Notes under the pieces: generated by a model
Databases searched by the model: none
Seen by the model: only the letters and a program-made list of their open reading frames with translations
Told to the model about the DNA's origin: nothing
Position numbers and translations under genes: made by a program
Shown: positions 19,921-29,844 of the stretch, one piece after another
Numbering within the stretch: the first letter of the stretch is position 1
Layout: every line of letters begins with the position of its first letter
Origin: Eubacteriales bacterium
GTDB lineage: Bacteria > Bacillota > Clostridia > Oscillospirales > CAG-272
Reading direction: 5' to 3'
DNA length: 64,000 nt
NCBI GenBank assembly: GCA_045537235.1
Contig: JAZSPB010000175.1
Location: 2,811 to 66,810, forward strand

Positions 19921-21306
19921 ATGAACAAAGAATGTGATCTGCTTTTTTCCGGAAAAGCAATAGCTAAAATAATCGTCCCCTTGGTTTTGCAAAACATTCT
20001 TGCCATCACCATTGGACTCATCGATTCGATCATGGTTTCAAGCCGAGGAGAATCCGCATATGCCGGTGTTTCCCTGGTCGGATCGCTTGACACATTGCTC
20101 ATCACACTGTTCGCGGCGCTGGCCTCCGGTGGCTCTGTCGTTCTCGCACAAGCCATGGGCAGGGGGGATCGCAGTGTCGCCTGTAAGTCCGCAAAACAAC
20201 TGCTTTACATCACCACAGCCGTTGCAACAGCCATTTCAACCGTTGTTCTGCTCCTTCGCACTCCTATCCTTCACCTGCTTTTCGGACAAGCCGAGCAAAG
20301 TGTTCTGGACAACGCCCTTGCCTACTTCAGTGTGATCGCGCTTTCGTTTCCCTTTTTGGCAATCGACAGCAGTATCGCCTCGGTGCTCAGAGCGCAAGGA
20401 GACAGTGTGACCTCACTCAAAATATCACTCTTCATGAATGTGCTCAACGTCGGGGGAAATGCGCTGTTTATATATGTCGCAAACCTCGGTGCTATGGGTG
20501 CAGCCTTGTCAACTCTCTTGTCCAGAATCATCGGTGCCACGATCATGTTGGTCATCTCGCATAATAAAAAGCGGTATATCTATATTGAAAAGCTGTTCCA
20601 CTACCGTCCCGATCTCGGCATTATCAAATCCATATTGAACATCGGAGTTCCCAACGGAATTGAAAACAGTCTGTTTCAATTTGGGCGACTGATCACCTCC
20701 AGTCTGGTCTCCTCTCTGGGTACCGTGGCAATTGCCGCAAATGCCGCCGCGCTTTCGCTGGCAAGCTTTCAATACAACGCGGGCGGAGCCGTACACCATA
20801 CGATGATCGCGGTTGTGGGGCGATGCATCGGAGCCGGCAAGAAAGAACAGGCCAAACGGTACACAAAAATGCTGATCGGAATCGGATACGTCATTGTTGT
20901 CAGCGTTATCGTCATCTTGTGTATCTTTTCCTCGCCTCTCTTGCGTCTATTCCATCTTTCGGAAGAGTCCACTGCCACCGCGCGTACACTTCTGTTCTAC
21001 CACAGTGCGGTATCCGTGGCAATATGGGTTATCGGCTTTTGTCTGCCCAACGCCTTTCGCGCCGCAAATGACGTTCGCTTTACCATGCTGGTTTCGATCC
21101 TCTCTATGTGGATTTTCCGCGTTGCGTTTGCCTATGTTCTGGCAAAAGAGAGCGTGTCTGTCTTCGGCTTGTTCTGTTTTGACGGTGTAGGAATGGGTGT
21201 CATGGGCGTGTGGCTCGCAATGACCGCCGACTGGGTAGTCAGAACAGGATTCTTCCTTTGGAGATTCCTGTCCGGCAAATGGCTTTCCAAATGCCCCGAC
21301 GATTAA
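19921..21306 (+). CDS. MATE-family efflux transporter
   Basis: DSIMVSSRGESAYAGVSLV, LRAQGDS, FRAANDVRF; hydrophobic profile. Confidence 0.92.
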   Translation: MNKECDLLFSGKAIAKIIVPLVLQNILAITIGLIDSIMVSSRGESAYAGVSLVGSLDTLLITLFAALASGGSVVLAQAMGRGDRSVACKSAKQLLYITTAVATAISTVVLLLRTPILHLLFGQAEQSVLDNALAYFSVIALSFPFLAIDSSIASVLRAQGDSVTSLKISLFMNVLNVGGNALFIYVANLGAMGAALSTLLSRIIGATIMLVISHNKKRYIYIEKLFHYRPDLGIIKSILNIGVPNGIENSLFQFGRLITSSLVSSLGTVAIAANAAALSLASFQYNAGGAVHHTMIAVVGRCIGAGKKEQAKRYTKMLIGIGYVIVVSVIVILCIFSSPLLRLFHLSEESTATARTLLFYHSAVSVAIWVIGFCLPNAFRAANDVRFTMLVSILSMWIFRVAFAYVLAKESVSVFGLFCFDGVGMGVMGVWLAMTADWVVRTGFFLWRFLSGKWLSKCPDD

Positions 21307-21451
21307 GGGGCGTGTTCTTAAGGACAGTTTTTGAAATTCAATAAAATACGTTACCTACCGACAGAAAAAAAGGATAGAGAAAGCAAAGTGCAATCTCTAT
21401 CCTTTTTTCTTGACAAGCACTATATTTGTAGACACAAATGCAAAAACAAGG

Positions 21452-22384
21452 TTATTGTTTTATTTTGTCTTCAATTTCCTTTGCATATCCTAAAGCTTGC
21501 TCTGCTTCAACATCATATCCATTTTTACGGTGGATATCCGCAATTTCCAAATAAATCTGGTATGCTTCCTTGAATTTTTCGAGTTTTTGATAGCACAGCG
21601 CGATATCATATTTTTCGTCGCAGAAATATGTTCCGATTTCTCCTGCCTTTTCGAACCATACGATTGCCTCGTTGTATTTTTCCATGCGGTAGTAGATGTC
21701 ACCCATGCTGATACACAGTTCCCAATTATCCGGGAATTTCTGTAGAGCATCAGCACAAACAGTAAGCGCTTTTTCGTATTGATGCGCATTCTCATATGCT
21801 TCAATCAACAAGAACCATTCTCGCTCATCAAGATTGCCGCCCGCTTCATCCATTGCGAGTTGCATCTCTGCCAAAATTTCTTCACCATTGCCCATAGAAA
21901 AGAGCATACCCATTTTCATGGATGCAGCTCTTCTGTAAGGCAAACAATTTTTGTCCGATTTATCGGCTAAGACTTCATCAAAGTATTTGAGTGCTTCATC
22001 TCTGCAAAATGCCATCATTGCCTTATGGATCCAGCCATAGTTCCATTTATCATACAAGGACAGCTCACCTGTTTTCATTAGCTTTTGATATTCAAGGCGA
22101 CACCTCAAAAAGTCTTCGGGGTCATTACTTATTTCATAGAGCGCAGATAATCTTTGAGCGTAATTATCGTAAGCCACCGACTGCTTTTTAAAAAGATCAT
22201 CCACCATAACCCCGTAAAGCTTGGCGATTTCGGGAAGAAGCATTACATCGGGCAGGGTATTTCCGCACTCCCATCTTGATACGCTTTGAGGAGTTATGCA
22301 AAGCTTTTCGGCAACGTCTTCCTGAGTGTATTTCTTAGCCACTCTGAACTTTTTCATGTTTTCCGAAAACACAGTTGTGTTCAT
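21452..22384 (-). CDS. XRE-family HTH regulator with TPR repeats
   Basis: HTH (YTQEDVAEKLCITPQSVSRWECG); TPR-like MGDIYYRMEKYNEAIVWFEKA; AAGGAG RBS. Confidence 0.88.
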   Translation of the reverse strand: MNTTVFSENMKKFRVAKKYTQEDVAEKLCITPQSVSRWECGNTLPDVMLLPEIAKLYGVMVDDLFKKQSVAYDNYAQRLSALYEISNDPEDFLRCRLEYQKLMKTGELSLYDKWNYGWIHKAMMAFCRDEALKYFDEVLADKSDKNCLPYRRAASMKMGMLFSMGNGEEILAEMQLAMDEAGGNLDEREWFLLIEAYENAHQYEKALTVCADALQKFPDNWELCISMGDIYYRMEKYNEAIVWFEKAGEIGTYFCDEKYDIALCYQKLEKFKEAYQIYLEIADIHRKNGYDVEAEQALGYAKEIEDKIKQ

Positions 22385-22618
22385 ATAAAATTATCTCCTT
22401 TTTTATTATTCGTAAGCTTACGAATATATTATAGCACTAATAAAGGAAAACAACAATATCTTATTTTATGATTAGACTCTCGGTTTATGCGCAGAAAAAG
22501 ATAACAAAAATCGCCGAGAGTAACCGTTTGGTTGCTCTCGGCGGAAAAAATTTTCAAATTATCTCCATCGCACAACCACAGTTAGTGGTGAGTAAGTGCG
22601 CACTTGCAGGCTCCCCCC

Positions 22619-22744
22619 AAGCCTCCCTTGTGTAAAGGGAGGTGGCTTGCAAAGCAAGACGGAGGGATTGTAAAAAACTAAAATTCTTTGTAAAACAATC
22701 CCTCAGCCGCCTTCGGCGTCAGCTCCCTTTACACAAGGGAGCCT
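22619..22744. repeat. Family B hairpin repeat, gene-less copy B1
   Basis: GCCTCCCTTGTGTAAAGGGAGGTGGC...GACGGAGGGATTGT-23 nt-ACAATCCCTCAG...CAGCTCCCTTTACACAAGGGAGCC. Confidence 0.92.
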
Positions 22745-22998
22745 CTGGTAGTAGTCGTTTGTTCAGTTAGTATTTCATTAGTAAAAACTGTCCTTAAGAA
22801 CACGCACCATAAGCGTTATTCTCAAAAAATAAGAATCCGAAGCGGTCTGCGCAAGAGACTCTTTTCGGATTCTTTTTTATAAAAGGACGATCTTTGCGTT
22901 AAATTTTCAAAATTCTGATGATATTATCCACCGTCTTTTGCAGGTTCTCCCGCTTTTATGGCGGCTGACCGAAAAGTCCTCGGCATACAGTTGATGGC

Positions 22999-23037
22999 AA
23001 AAAACAGACCGTCTGTTTACCGCAGACAGCCTGTTTT
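22999..23037 (-). terminator. Rho-independent terminator directly after the retron RT
   Basis: Minus strand AAAAACAGGCTGTCTG-loop-CAGACGGTCTGTTTTTT. Confidence 0.8.
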
Positions 23038-23949
23038 TTATTTCAAACTCACAATCAATTCTTGATACTTTCTAAAATTCGCATCATCGGGGCAAATGTG
23101 AATCACATATCGGATCTTACCGAGAAGCTTCGCTACATACTGTTCCCGTGTCAGTAAAATGCCACTTCGCTTCATATGCTCCTCAATGCCGAACCTTTGG
23201 CAATAAAACACCTCTTGCCGAATCTTGCGTTTATATTCCGCTGACACATTGAGCTTGCCGTTGACCACCACGCCCGTAACGGTTTGGCGTTTGCTTGCCG
23301 GGATCACCGCTGTTTTTCGCTTGTTGAGGCGCAACCCCATGCCCTTTAGCTCTGCTGAAACCAACGCAATGACCTGCGCTGCATCAAACTCTCCCGAAAA
23401 AGTCATATCGTCACAATAACGCGTATACGCAATGCCATGCTCCCCGCACCACTCACCTATCTTCTCATCAAACTCATACATGATAATATTGGTGATTGCG
23501 GGAGACGTGGGAGCGCCTTGGGGCAAACTGTCGCCGCAGTAGCAAAGCATAGAAAGCAAGACACGGAGAGACTCCGAATACTTTTCGGGCGGAAAGACCC
23601 GTTCCTTGACCGTGGAATAGCGAATATTGTCAAAAAACTTCTCGATATCCAACTTCAAAAGCGTGGGCTTTCCCACGTGAGGTCGGGCATTTTTGCGCAC
23701 ATCGGAGGCGATCTTATACGCCTTGGCATAGGGAGAAATCGGCTCATATGCCAGCAGCTTGACCGCTATGGCACGCTGTACCTTTTTGAGGATCTCATCG
23801 GGGACGGAAAGCGTACGAAAGCTTCCGTCGCGCTTGGGGATCTTCACCTGTCGGTAATGCCCACTGATGTGGTTGCTGATGCCGTAAAGCGTTTTGGCGG
23901 GAAAGCCCAACTCCCGCTCCACAGATGCCAATTCTCTGTAAACGATCAT
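23038..23949 (-). CDS. Retron-type reverse transcriptase (303 aa)
   Basis: IPKRDGSFR, NARPH (NAxxH), KLDIEKFF, LPQGAPTSP, YTRYCDD, VTG; AAAGGA RBS before ATG 23949. Confidence 0.93.
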   Translation of the reverse strand: MIVYRELASVERELGFPAKTLYGISNHISGHYRQVKIPKRDGSFRTLSVPDEILKKVQRAIAVKLLAYEPISPYAKAYKIASDVRKNARPHVGKPTLLKLDIEKFFDNIRYSTVKERVFPPEKYSESLRVLLSMLCYCGDSLPQGAPTSPAITNIIMYEFDEKIGEWCGEHGIAYTRYCDDMTFSGEFDAAQVIALVSAELKGMGLRLNKRKTAVIPASKRQTVTGVVVNGKLNVSAEYKRKIRQEVFYCQRFGIEEHMKRSGILLTREQYVAKLLGKIRYVIHICPDDANFRKYQELIVSLK

Positions 23950-23965
23950 ACTGTAATTTTCCTTT

Positions 23966-24165
23966 GAACAATACCAATTGTATGATGAAATCGCGAGGGG
24001 TAATTCCGTGCGACGAAGGCGCACCGCGAACAGCACACGGAGTGCATGGCACGGAGTGTGCCGCTTACTCCGAACGAGTTCATTTGAGCGTAGCGAATAC
24101 GAAAACCGAAAGGTTACCGAGAGCGACTCGCTCACGGCTCGAAAAATCGAAAAACACTATTGTTC
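23966..24165 (-). ncRNA. Retron msr-msd non-coding RNA
   Basis: Terminal inverted repeat GAACAATA/TATTGTTC with G at 24157 directly after the 5' arm; short msr-like hairpins; long msd-like stem 23985-24083; lies between promoter and RT. Confidence 0.8.
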
Positions 24166-24171
24166 TTTTTC

Positions 24172-24200
24172 ATTATAGCACAACACTATGTGTTTTGCAA
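24172..24200 (-). promoter_or_regulatory. Sigma-A-type promoter of the retron
   Basis: TTGCAA-17 bp-TATAAT with extended TG; predicted start near 24165. Confidence 0.8.
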
Positions 24201-24294
24201 CAAGTTTTTTTAACATTAAGCGGCGAATTTTGGATGCGTCACCGTCCTCCAACCTTCGGCAAGCTTGACCGATTCGTGATTTTGTGGGAGAGGA

Positions 24295-25317
24295 TCAACG
24301 AGTCGGGATTTTCACGTCACAGCATTTCAATATAGTCTTGAAAAGATCAAGCTCATACTCAAGCGTGTAAGGATTTTTCTTTTCTCCTCTGACCATAGCG
24401 GCAAATGCCAAAAGCATATCCTCATATCTCTGGAAGGGCTGACTTTTTTCGTGGGATCTGACAACGGTCTTTCCCTCTCCTCTGCGAGCACTCTCCTTTT
24501 CGGTATAGAGCATAAATTTCTTCTCGCTCTTCACATCTGCCTCCAAGGGCTTGATCTCAAGCGTCTCATCGGAGCCGCAGATAACCAGTTGGCGACGTCT
24601 TCCGCCACCGATCTCATCTCCGCTGGCACGGACGACCGACACGGCATTGGGGTATTTAAGAACCGCAAAGCCCACATCCTCGGTGTAGATCCCGTCGATT
24701 CCGCTGGCTCTGTTGACGGGAATGACCTCCTCGGGAAGACCCTGTATCTGCAAAACCAGATCGATCAGATGACAACCGAGATAGAACATCATACCGCCCT
24801 TAAAGCTACTGAACCATTCCCGACAAGCCGCGCCGTCAAGACGGCTCATATGTGCCTCGACACTGTATATTGTGCCAAGCTCACCTGCCTTTGCTCGCGT
24901 GATCGCCTCGGATATGTAAGGGTTGTAACGGTACATATATCCGATATGAAATGTCTTGCCATTGGCTTTTACCGTGTCTATCAATCTCTCAAATGCAGCA
25001 AGATCTTGACTTCCCGGCTTTTCCATGTGTATGTGCTTGCCGTGCTCCGCCGCCAGTTGAGCATATTTTGTCAGATGGATCTCATCGGTCTCCACTGCCA
25101 CCGCCTCAATTGTCGGGTCGTTCAATATTTCATCAAGTGTAAGCTCGGGGTATCCTTCAAACCATTTCAGCTTTTGAGCGCAGGTCTCTCTTTCGTCCTC
25201 GACCAGCGCGTAACCAACAAGATCAAACACCTCGGGGTGTATCGAAAGGGTATGAAATACCTCGGGGGCATGACTGTATCGGTTCATACCGATCTGTGCT
25301 ATTTTTATTTTTCTCAT
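24295..25317 (-). CDS. Gfo/Idh/MocA-family oxidoreductase
   Basis: KIAQIG, GKHIHMEKP, GGMMFYLGCHLID. Confidence 0.9.
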   Translation of the reverse strand: MRKIKIAQIGMNRYSHAPEVFHTLSIHPEVFDLVGYALVEDERETCAQKLKWFEGYPELTLDEILNDPTIEAVAVETDEIHLTKYAQLAAEHGKHIHMEKPGSQDLAAFERLIDTVKANGKTFHIGYMYRYNPYISEAITRAKAGELGTIYSVEAHMSRLDGAACREWFSSFKGGMMFYLGCHLIDLVLQIQGLPEEVIPVNRASGIDGIYTEDVGFAVLKYPNAVSVVRASGDEIGGGRRRQLVICGSDETLEIKPLEADVKSEKKFMLYTEKESARRGEGKTVVRSHEKSQPFQRYEDMLLAFAAMVRGEKKNPYTLEYELDLFKTILKCCDVKIPTR

Positions 25318-25484
25318 TTTCATCCTCCCAATCCGCCAAATCGAATATATTACCAAAAGTATAGCACTTTTTCGCTACAATATCAATATCTTACAAAAAT
25401 TTTTGCCCTTCTCGGGTGTGAATACGAAACGTAATAGAGCATTGACCGCCGAAACGCCTCGCGCCCCTTGGTCACTGATCTCTT

Positions 25485-26318
25485 TCATCCCAAACGGCGT
25501 TCTTTGATCATTGTGTAGTCTTCTTCGGAAACACCGTTGAAAACGGGGACGGCATTTTGACCGTTGCAGCCGCTCATGGGACCTGTATGATCCGTACCTC
25601 CGCTTCGATAAAGATTATAGGTTTTTGCCGCCTCTTCGGCAAGCATGGATGTCTCTTCATCCATATGGGGATGGCTGATCTCTATTCCGTTAAGCCCGTA
25701 TTCCACCAATTTGGGTATGTACTGTGTAAGGTTCGTGGGATGGGCGAGGATCGCAATTCCGCCCGCCTTCCTTATGACCTTTATCACCTCTTCGGCAGAC
25801 GGCATTGCGGGATAGTACTGTCTTGTTTCGGGCGCCTTAAAAACGTCCTGCCGAATATTTTCGGGAATCTTAATATGTAACGCGCGGTAAGCATTAAAAA
25901 GCGAATCGATACATATCCATGCGCCTTCCCCGTTGTATTTTACAACGTCGTCCCATTTAACTCCTTCGATAACACCGATTTTTATGCCGTATTCTACACA
26001 TTTCCGCGTGTATTCGCTATACAATTCCACACGTCTTTTGACGAATTCACGCAACGTGGGATCGTTCGTGTCGTGGTCAAGACAAACGATGTGCGGACCT
26101 CGACCGTCAATTTTACCATAAAATTCTATCCCCGGCAATGTCTCGATCCCGCCTTCTTTGTCTGCGTGGTATTTGAGCTCGGAATAACCCGCATCGGTCT
26201 CGTGGTCGGTGAGAGCGATCGCCTTGTAGCCCAAGGATTTGCCCAAAAGCACCAATTGCTCGGGGGTAAATTGAGCATCGGAATAGGTAGAATGAAGGTG
26301 AAGATTTGCGTATTTCAT
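25485..26318 (-). CDS. PHP-domain phosphoesterase
   Basis: LHLHSTYSD, ALTDHET, LAHP, GGTDHTG. Confidence 0.9.
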   Translation of the reverse strand: MKYANLHLHSTYSDAQFTPEQLVLLGKSLGYKAIALTDHETDAGYSELKYHADKEGGIETLPGIEFYGKIDGRGPHIVCLDHDTNDPTLREFVKRRVELYSEYTRKCVEYGIKIGVIEGVKWDDVVKYNGEGAWICIDSLFNAYRALHIKIPENIRQDVFKAPETRQYYPAMPSAEEVIKVIRKAGGIAILAHPTNLTQYIPKLVEYGLNGIEISHPHMDEETSMLAEEAAKTYNLYRSGGTDHTGPMSGCNGQNAVPVFNGVSEEDYTMIKERRLG

Positions 26319-26743
26319 AGCTTCCTCCTAAAAATTGCAGCTTTCTTTGACGGCAAGATTCTTTCGTTTTTTCAACACCGCGGATTCATGACGAGGTTTA
26401 TGGTATCGGAGCATTTCCAACTCGTCGGTAACTAACATCTTAATTATACCACATCTGTCATCAAAAAGCACCCTGTTTCTTTCAAAAAACGTGGAATTTC
26501 AATCAAATTTGAAAAAATCATGATTGCTTGATCGGTTTTGCGTTATACATCCTTTTTTTGGGAGCTTGGAGGTTGCCCTCAAAAAACACATATTGAAAAT
26601 TTATCCCCTTTTGATAACGAGACGATAGGCGGTTGCAACCGTTGTTCAAAAAACTTCCTTCAAAAAACGAGGGGGGCGGTGTTCCCTTTTCTCCTTATAA
26701 GCAAAAAAGAGCGATCGTGTAACCGCTCTTTTGCTTTATGTAT

Positions 26744-27580
26744 TTATATTCTGTTATATTTCCCGATCGACTTGAGATAATCGATAAGCGCAGCAGTCCA
26801 GTCAGTCTGAATGATATCGAACCCACGATCCACCAACCATCCCCAGCTACCATCGGGATTGCCGCACATTGCCATATCGTCGGAATGCCCTGCTGCGATC
26901 TGCTGCTTGCAATCATAAATAATGGAGTTCACCCAAGCCAGCTTGTTATCGCGGTGGAGGTGTTCCATAAACGCGGGGGAAACTTGAGGTTCATTATCCT
27001 CAAAGAAAAGAATTTCACATCCAATGTACCGAATGCCGCTCTCCATCATTTTTTCGTGAATACCGTCATCGGCGCGAATCACGGGCATATACGCCATTTC
27101 GGGTGCCAGCTCGGATAAAACGGCTACCACCTTGTCCGAAGGTGTGGATTTGACCAACATCTGTTCAGACATACCGTGGCGGCGAATGGCTTTTGTGATC
27201 TCGGCGGGGTGTCCCCAGAATTTGTCTACATTGATATAGCAACGCCCCTTGAAGGTTTCCAAAACGTCATCGAACATCTCCACACCAAACTGCGTGGGGG
27301 CGCGATCATAATTGACATAGCGAAGCTCACGCACCTGCTCCAAGGTCATTTCGGGGATGCGTGTTTCGCATTTAAGATGCACCCGTTCCATTCCGGGATG
27401 AAAAATAACCAAGTGACCGTCAGACGTCATTTCCAGATCGATCTCAATCATATCCGCGCCTTGGCGAAGTGCGATCTCGTAAGCAGCAATGGTATTGCAA
27501 GGAATATTTCCTCCTGCGGCGCCCCTGTGAGCAACCACAAGGATTTTCTCGCGTGCCGATTCTAAAAGGTCAAATTTCAT
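26744..27580 (-). CDS. Glycerophosphodiester phosphodiesterase-family protein
   Basis: VAHRG, GADMIEIDL, DGHLVIFH, DIIQTD. Confidence 0.9.
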   Translation of the reverse strand: MKFDLLESAREKILVVAHRGAAGGNIPCNTIAAYEIALRQGADMIEIDLEMTSDGHLVIFHPGMERVHLKCETRIPEMTLEQVRELRYVNYDRAPTQFGVEMFDDVLETFKGRCYINVDKFWGHPAEITKAIRRHGMSEQMLVKSTPSDKVVAVLSELAPEMAYMPVIRADDGIHEKMMESGIRYIGCEILFFEDNEPQVSPAFMEHLHRDNKLAWVNSIIYDCKQQIAAGHSDDMAMCGNPDGSWGWLVDRGFDIIQTDWTAALIDYLKSIGKYNRI

Positions 27581-27945
27581 ATTGAATCTCCTTTTCCCCA
27601 GTCCTTTTATGGTGCGATCTCAAGCGTTTCGTCGGATTTGACCGAGTAGCTCTTACCCGCGCAGAAGAACAGCTCAAAGCAGGTGGGATGGAACACAGGG
27701 GCACCTGTACAAGAGAACTTCAACCGCTTGTATGACTTCGGGCAACCGCTTTTGAGAGACATCTCGGATATCTCATGTAAAACATGGATATTTTTCTCCC
27801 TTTTTCGCGGAAACGCTTTCAACTTATAGATAAGTATAACACATAAAAACAATGGTGTCAAGCACGGTTTCGGTCACAAAATATGTAAAGTTGGGTAACA
27901 TAAAATTCTTGAAACCGTCCGTTTCGTTTTAGATGGTTTCGGTTT

Positions 27946-28056
27946 ACAAATTCGAAAAGCGGAAAGCTTCGGCAAGTCTCTGCCGTCGAGGATATTGGGG
28001 GAAACCGAGGCATAAAAAAAGAGCGGTCGTGGGATCGCTCTTTGGGCTTTCAGCCT
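27946..28056 (+). repeat. Family D att-like repeat, diverged copy D0
   Basis: ACAAATTCGAAAAGCGGAAAGCT matches ACAGATTCAAGAAGTGGAAAGCT at 62312; GCATAAAAAAAGAGCG hairpin shared. Confidence 0.5.
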
Positions 28057-28067
28057 ATACGGTATTT

Positions 28068-29237
28068 TTACAAATACTTATGCAAATCGAATCTTGCAAG
28101 TCTGATATGCTGTCTTGCCACTGTATAGGACATGGCAAGCTCGCCTTCTGCAAAAAATTGCACAAAGGGATAAAAACAGCTTGTGGGCATTTGGGCTTGT
28201 AAAACCACTTGGCTGTTTGCAATATCCTCGGTATCTATTTTCACAATGCCGATGTGTTCTCTGTCAACAGGCGCGTGGAAAAGAAACAGATTGCCGCGGT
28301 AAAAAACAAAATCGCCCCTTGATTGACAGTCCTCAATTTCCACAGGTGTCTCCCATGTCTTGCTTTCAAGATCATACACCGTTAAAAATCCGCATGGGTT
28401 GGTATCCTGCTGACGTACGAAATAGTAGACCTTGTTGTCAAGAACATAAGTTGCGTTTTCCCATCTTGAATCGTTTATAAAATCAGGCTGTGACACGTAT
28501 TCCCACGTTACAAGATCACTGCTTTTTATAATACAGGTGAAGTCTCCGCTGTAAAGTCCCGAATAGCAATAGCGCTTGCCATCCTCGATACGGTAGGATT
28601 GCTTTTGCATAATACCGATATCCGAATACATCCTTTTGCACGGGATCTCGTTTTCTGCCAAGGCACTTCTGATACCGCTTGCCGAAAGGTCGTTTACCGT
28701 GTCTTTCACTTTAAATCTGTTTACCCCGATCTCACCCATTGTTTTGGTTGAAATCTTGAAGGGACAGTAAAAGCGGTAATAGTTTTTTTCTTCGGTGCGA
28801 GCCGTCCACATAATGAAAAGTGTATCCTCGTCCTTTTGCATAAATATGCTGTCATAAACCATATCGATCCTTTTGTCTCCGACCTTGTCACCCGTGGTTT
28901 GAAGATCGATGAAAACCTTGTTATCGAGGTCATTTACGCTTGCGTATACAAAGCGAGCCGTCTGATTTTGGGGATCCTCGGAGGGCTCCTTTGTGTTAGC
29001 ATAGTAGGTCATATAGATCATACCGTCAATCACTTTAAAGGTTGAAACGTGTGCCATTTTGTCACCCGACTTCTCAAAGTCCGAAACAAACCGTGCGGCA
29101 ATCTCCTTGGAAAAATCCGCGCCTTTTTTGAGTACCTCGTCCGATACCTTCGCGGTTATTCTGCGTTTTACATTTTCAATGGGTGCACCTTTGCTTATTG
29201 CAAGCTCCTTTTGGGTAATGCAATCATTTTGAAACAT
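28068..29237 (-). CDS. Hypothetical protein, probably beta-propeller (glycosidase/sialidase-like)
   Basis: SSDLVTWEYV Asp-box-like motif, beta-rich pattern; coupled to upstream gene. Confidence 0.6.
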   Translation of the reverse strand: MFQNDCITQKELAISKGAPIENVKRRITAKVSDEVLKKGADFSKEIAARFVSDFEKSGDKMAHVSTFKVIDGMIYMTYYANTKEPSEDPQNQTARFVYASVNDLDNKVFIDLQTTGDKVGDKRIDMVYDSIFMQKDEDTLFIMWTARTEEKNYYRFYCPFKISTKTMGEIGVNRFKVKDTVNDLSASGIRSALAENEIPCKRMYSDIGIMQKQSYRIEDGKRYCYSGLYSGDFTCIIKSSDLVTWEYVSQPDFINDSRWENATYVLDNKVYYFVRQQDTNPCGFLTVYDLESKTWETPVEIEDCQSRGDFVFYRGNLFLFHAPVDREHIGIVKIDTEDIANSQVVLQAQMPTSCFYPFVQFFAEGELAMSYTVARQHIRLARFDLHKYL

Positions 29238-29733
29238 TTTCTTTTCCCCCGTGTTTGATAAAAAATATTATGATTGACAATATGGCAATCGATTCGTTGA
29301 TGATTCCCATATATGAGTGAACAAAAACATCATAAATCAAAAAAGCGGCTGAAACGGGAATGGAAATCCATTTCGTTAATCTCGGGTTGTCTATCCACAG
29401 CGAGAATGTCACAAAGGCCGAGGCGAGTATGGGCAAAATATCAAACCAGTCTTCAAACGACACGATCCCAAGCGATATGTTGACCAGAATAAAAGCAATC
29501 GGTATCATGGCTTTGCCGGAAAACTTATATTTTTTTCGGTTTATAAAAACGATCTCCCTGAAAATTCCGATAATGTTTGGTATCATCCCCGCAAATGCAC
29601 CAAGGCATATATAGTGCGCTGCCCAAAACAGATCCGCGCAAAGCTTTCCCACCAGAATTCCTTTTCTGTTTTTCTGTTGGTGGGAAGCAAACAAGGAAAC
29701 CATGGCACCCATTCCCAAAATCCATTCCGTCAT
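29224..29733 (-). CDS. YgjV-like inner membrane protein
   Basis: Hydrophobic; SHQQKNRKGIL, AHYICLGAFAG, IYDVFVHSYMGIINE. Confidence 0.7.
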   Translation of the reverse strand: MTEWILGMGAMVSLFASHQQKNRKGILVGKLCADLFWAAHYICLGAFAGMIPNIIGIFREIVFINRKKYKFSGKAMIPIAFILVNISLGIVSFEDWFDILPILASAFVTFSLWIDNPRLTKWISIPVSAAFLIYDVFVHSYMGIINESIAILSIIIFFIKHGGKENVSK

Positions 29734-29844
29734 ATCGTAAATCCCTTGACATTTAAGAATTATTGCAATATAATTATATTATAAAATCGCCCTTTAGTCA
29801 ATGATGTATTTTGGGAGTTTTTAACACTATATTGGGAGATTGCT

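Larger units (their letters stand above)
21310..22805. mobile_element. Cassette C1 bounded by perfect 23-bp terminal inverted repeats, no transposase
   Basis: GCGTGTTCTTAAGGACAGTTTTT (21310-21332) and exact reverse complement (22783-22805). Confidence 0.6.

Noticed and set aside
21452..22384. XRE-TPR gene as the retron effector
   Set aside because: Separated from the RT by a terminator, a second hairpin, an IR end and about 650 bp; a trans interaction is not excluded but nothing supports it.
23038..23949. RT as group II intron, DGR or CRISPR-associated RT
   Set aside because: Short, with retron NAxxH and VTG motifs; no maturase/endonuclease domain, TR/VR pair, avd or cas1 seen.
23950..24135. 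62-aa N-terminal extension of the RT in the ORF track
   Set aside because: It runs through the msr-msd hairpins; ATG 23949 has its own RBS and RT-like sequence starts there.
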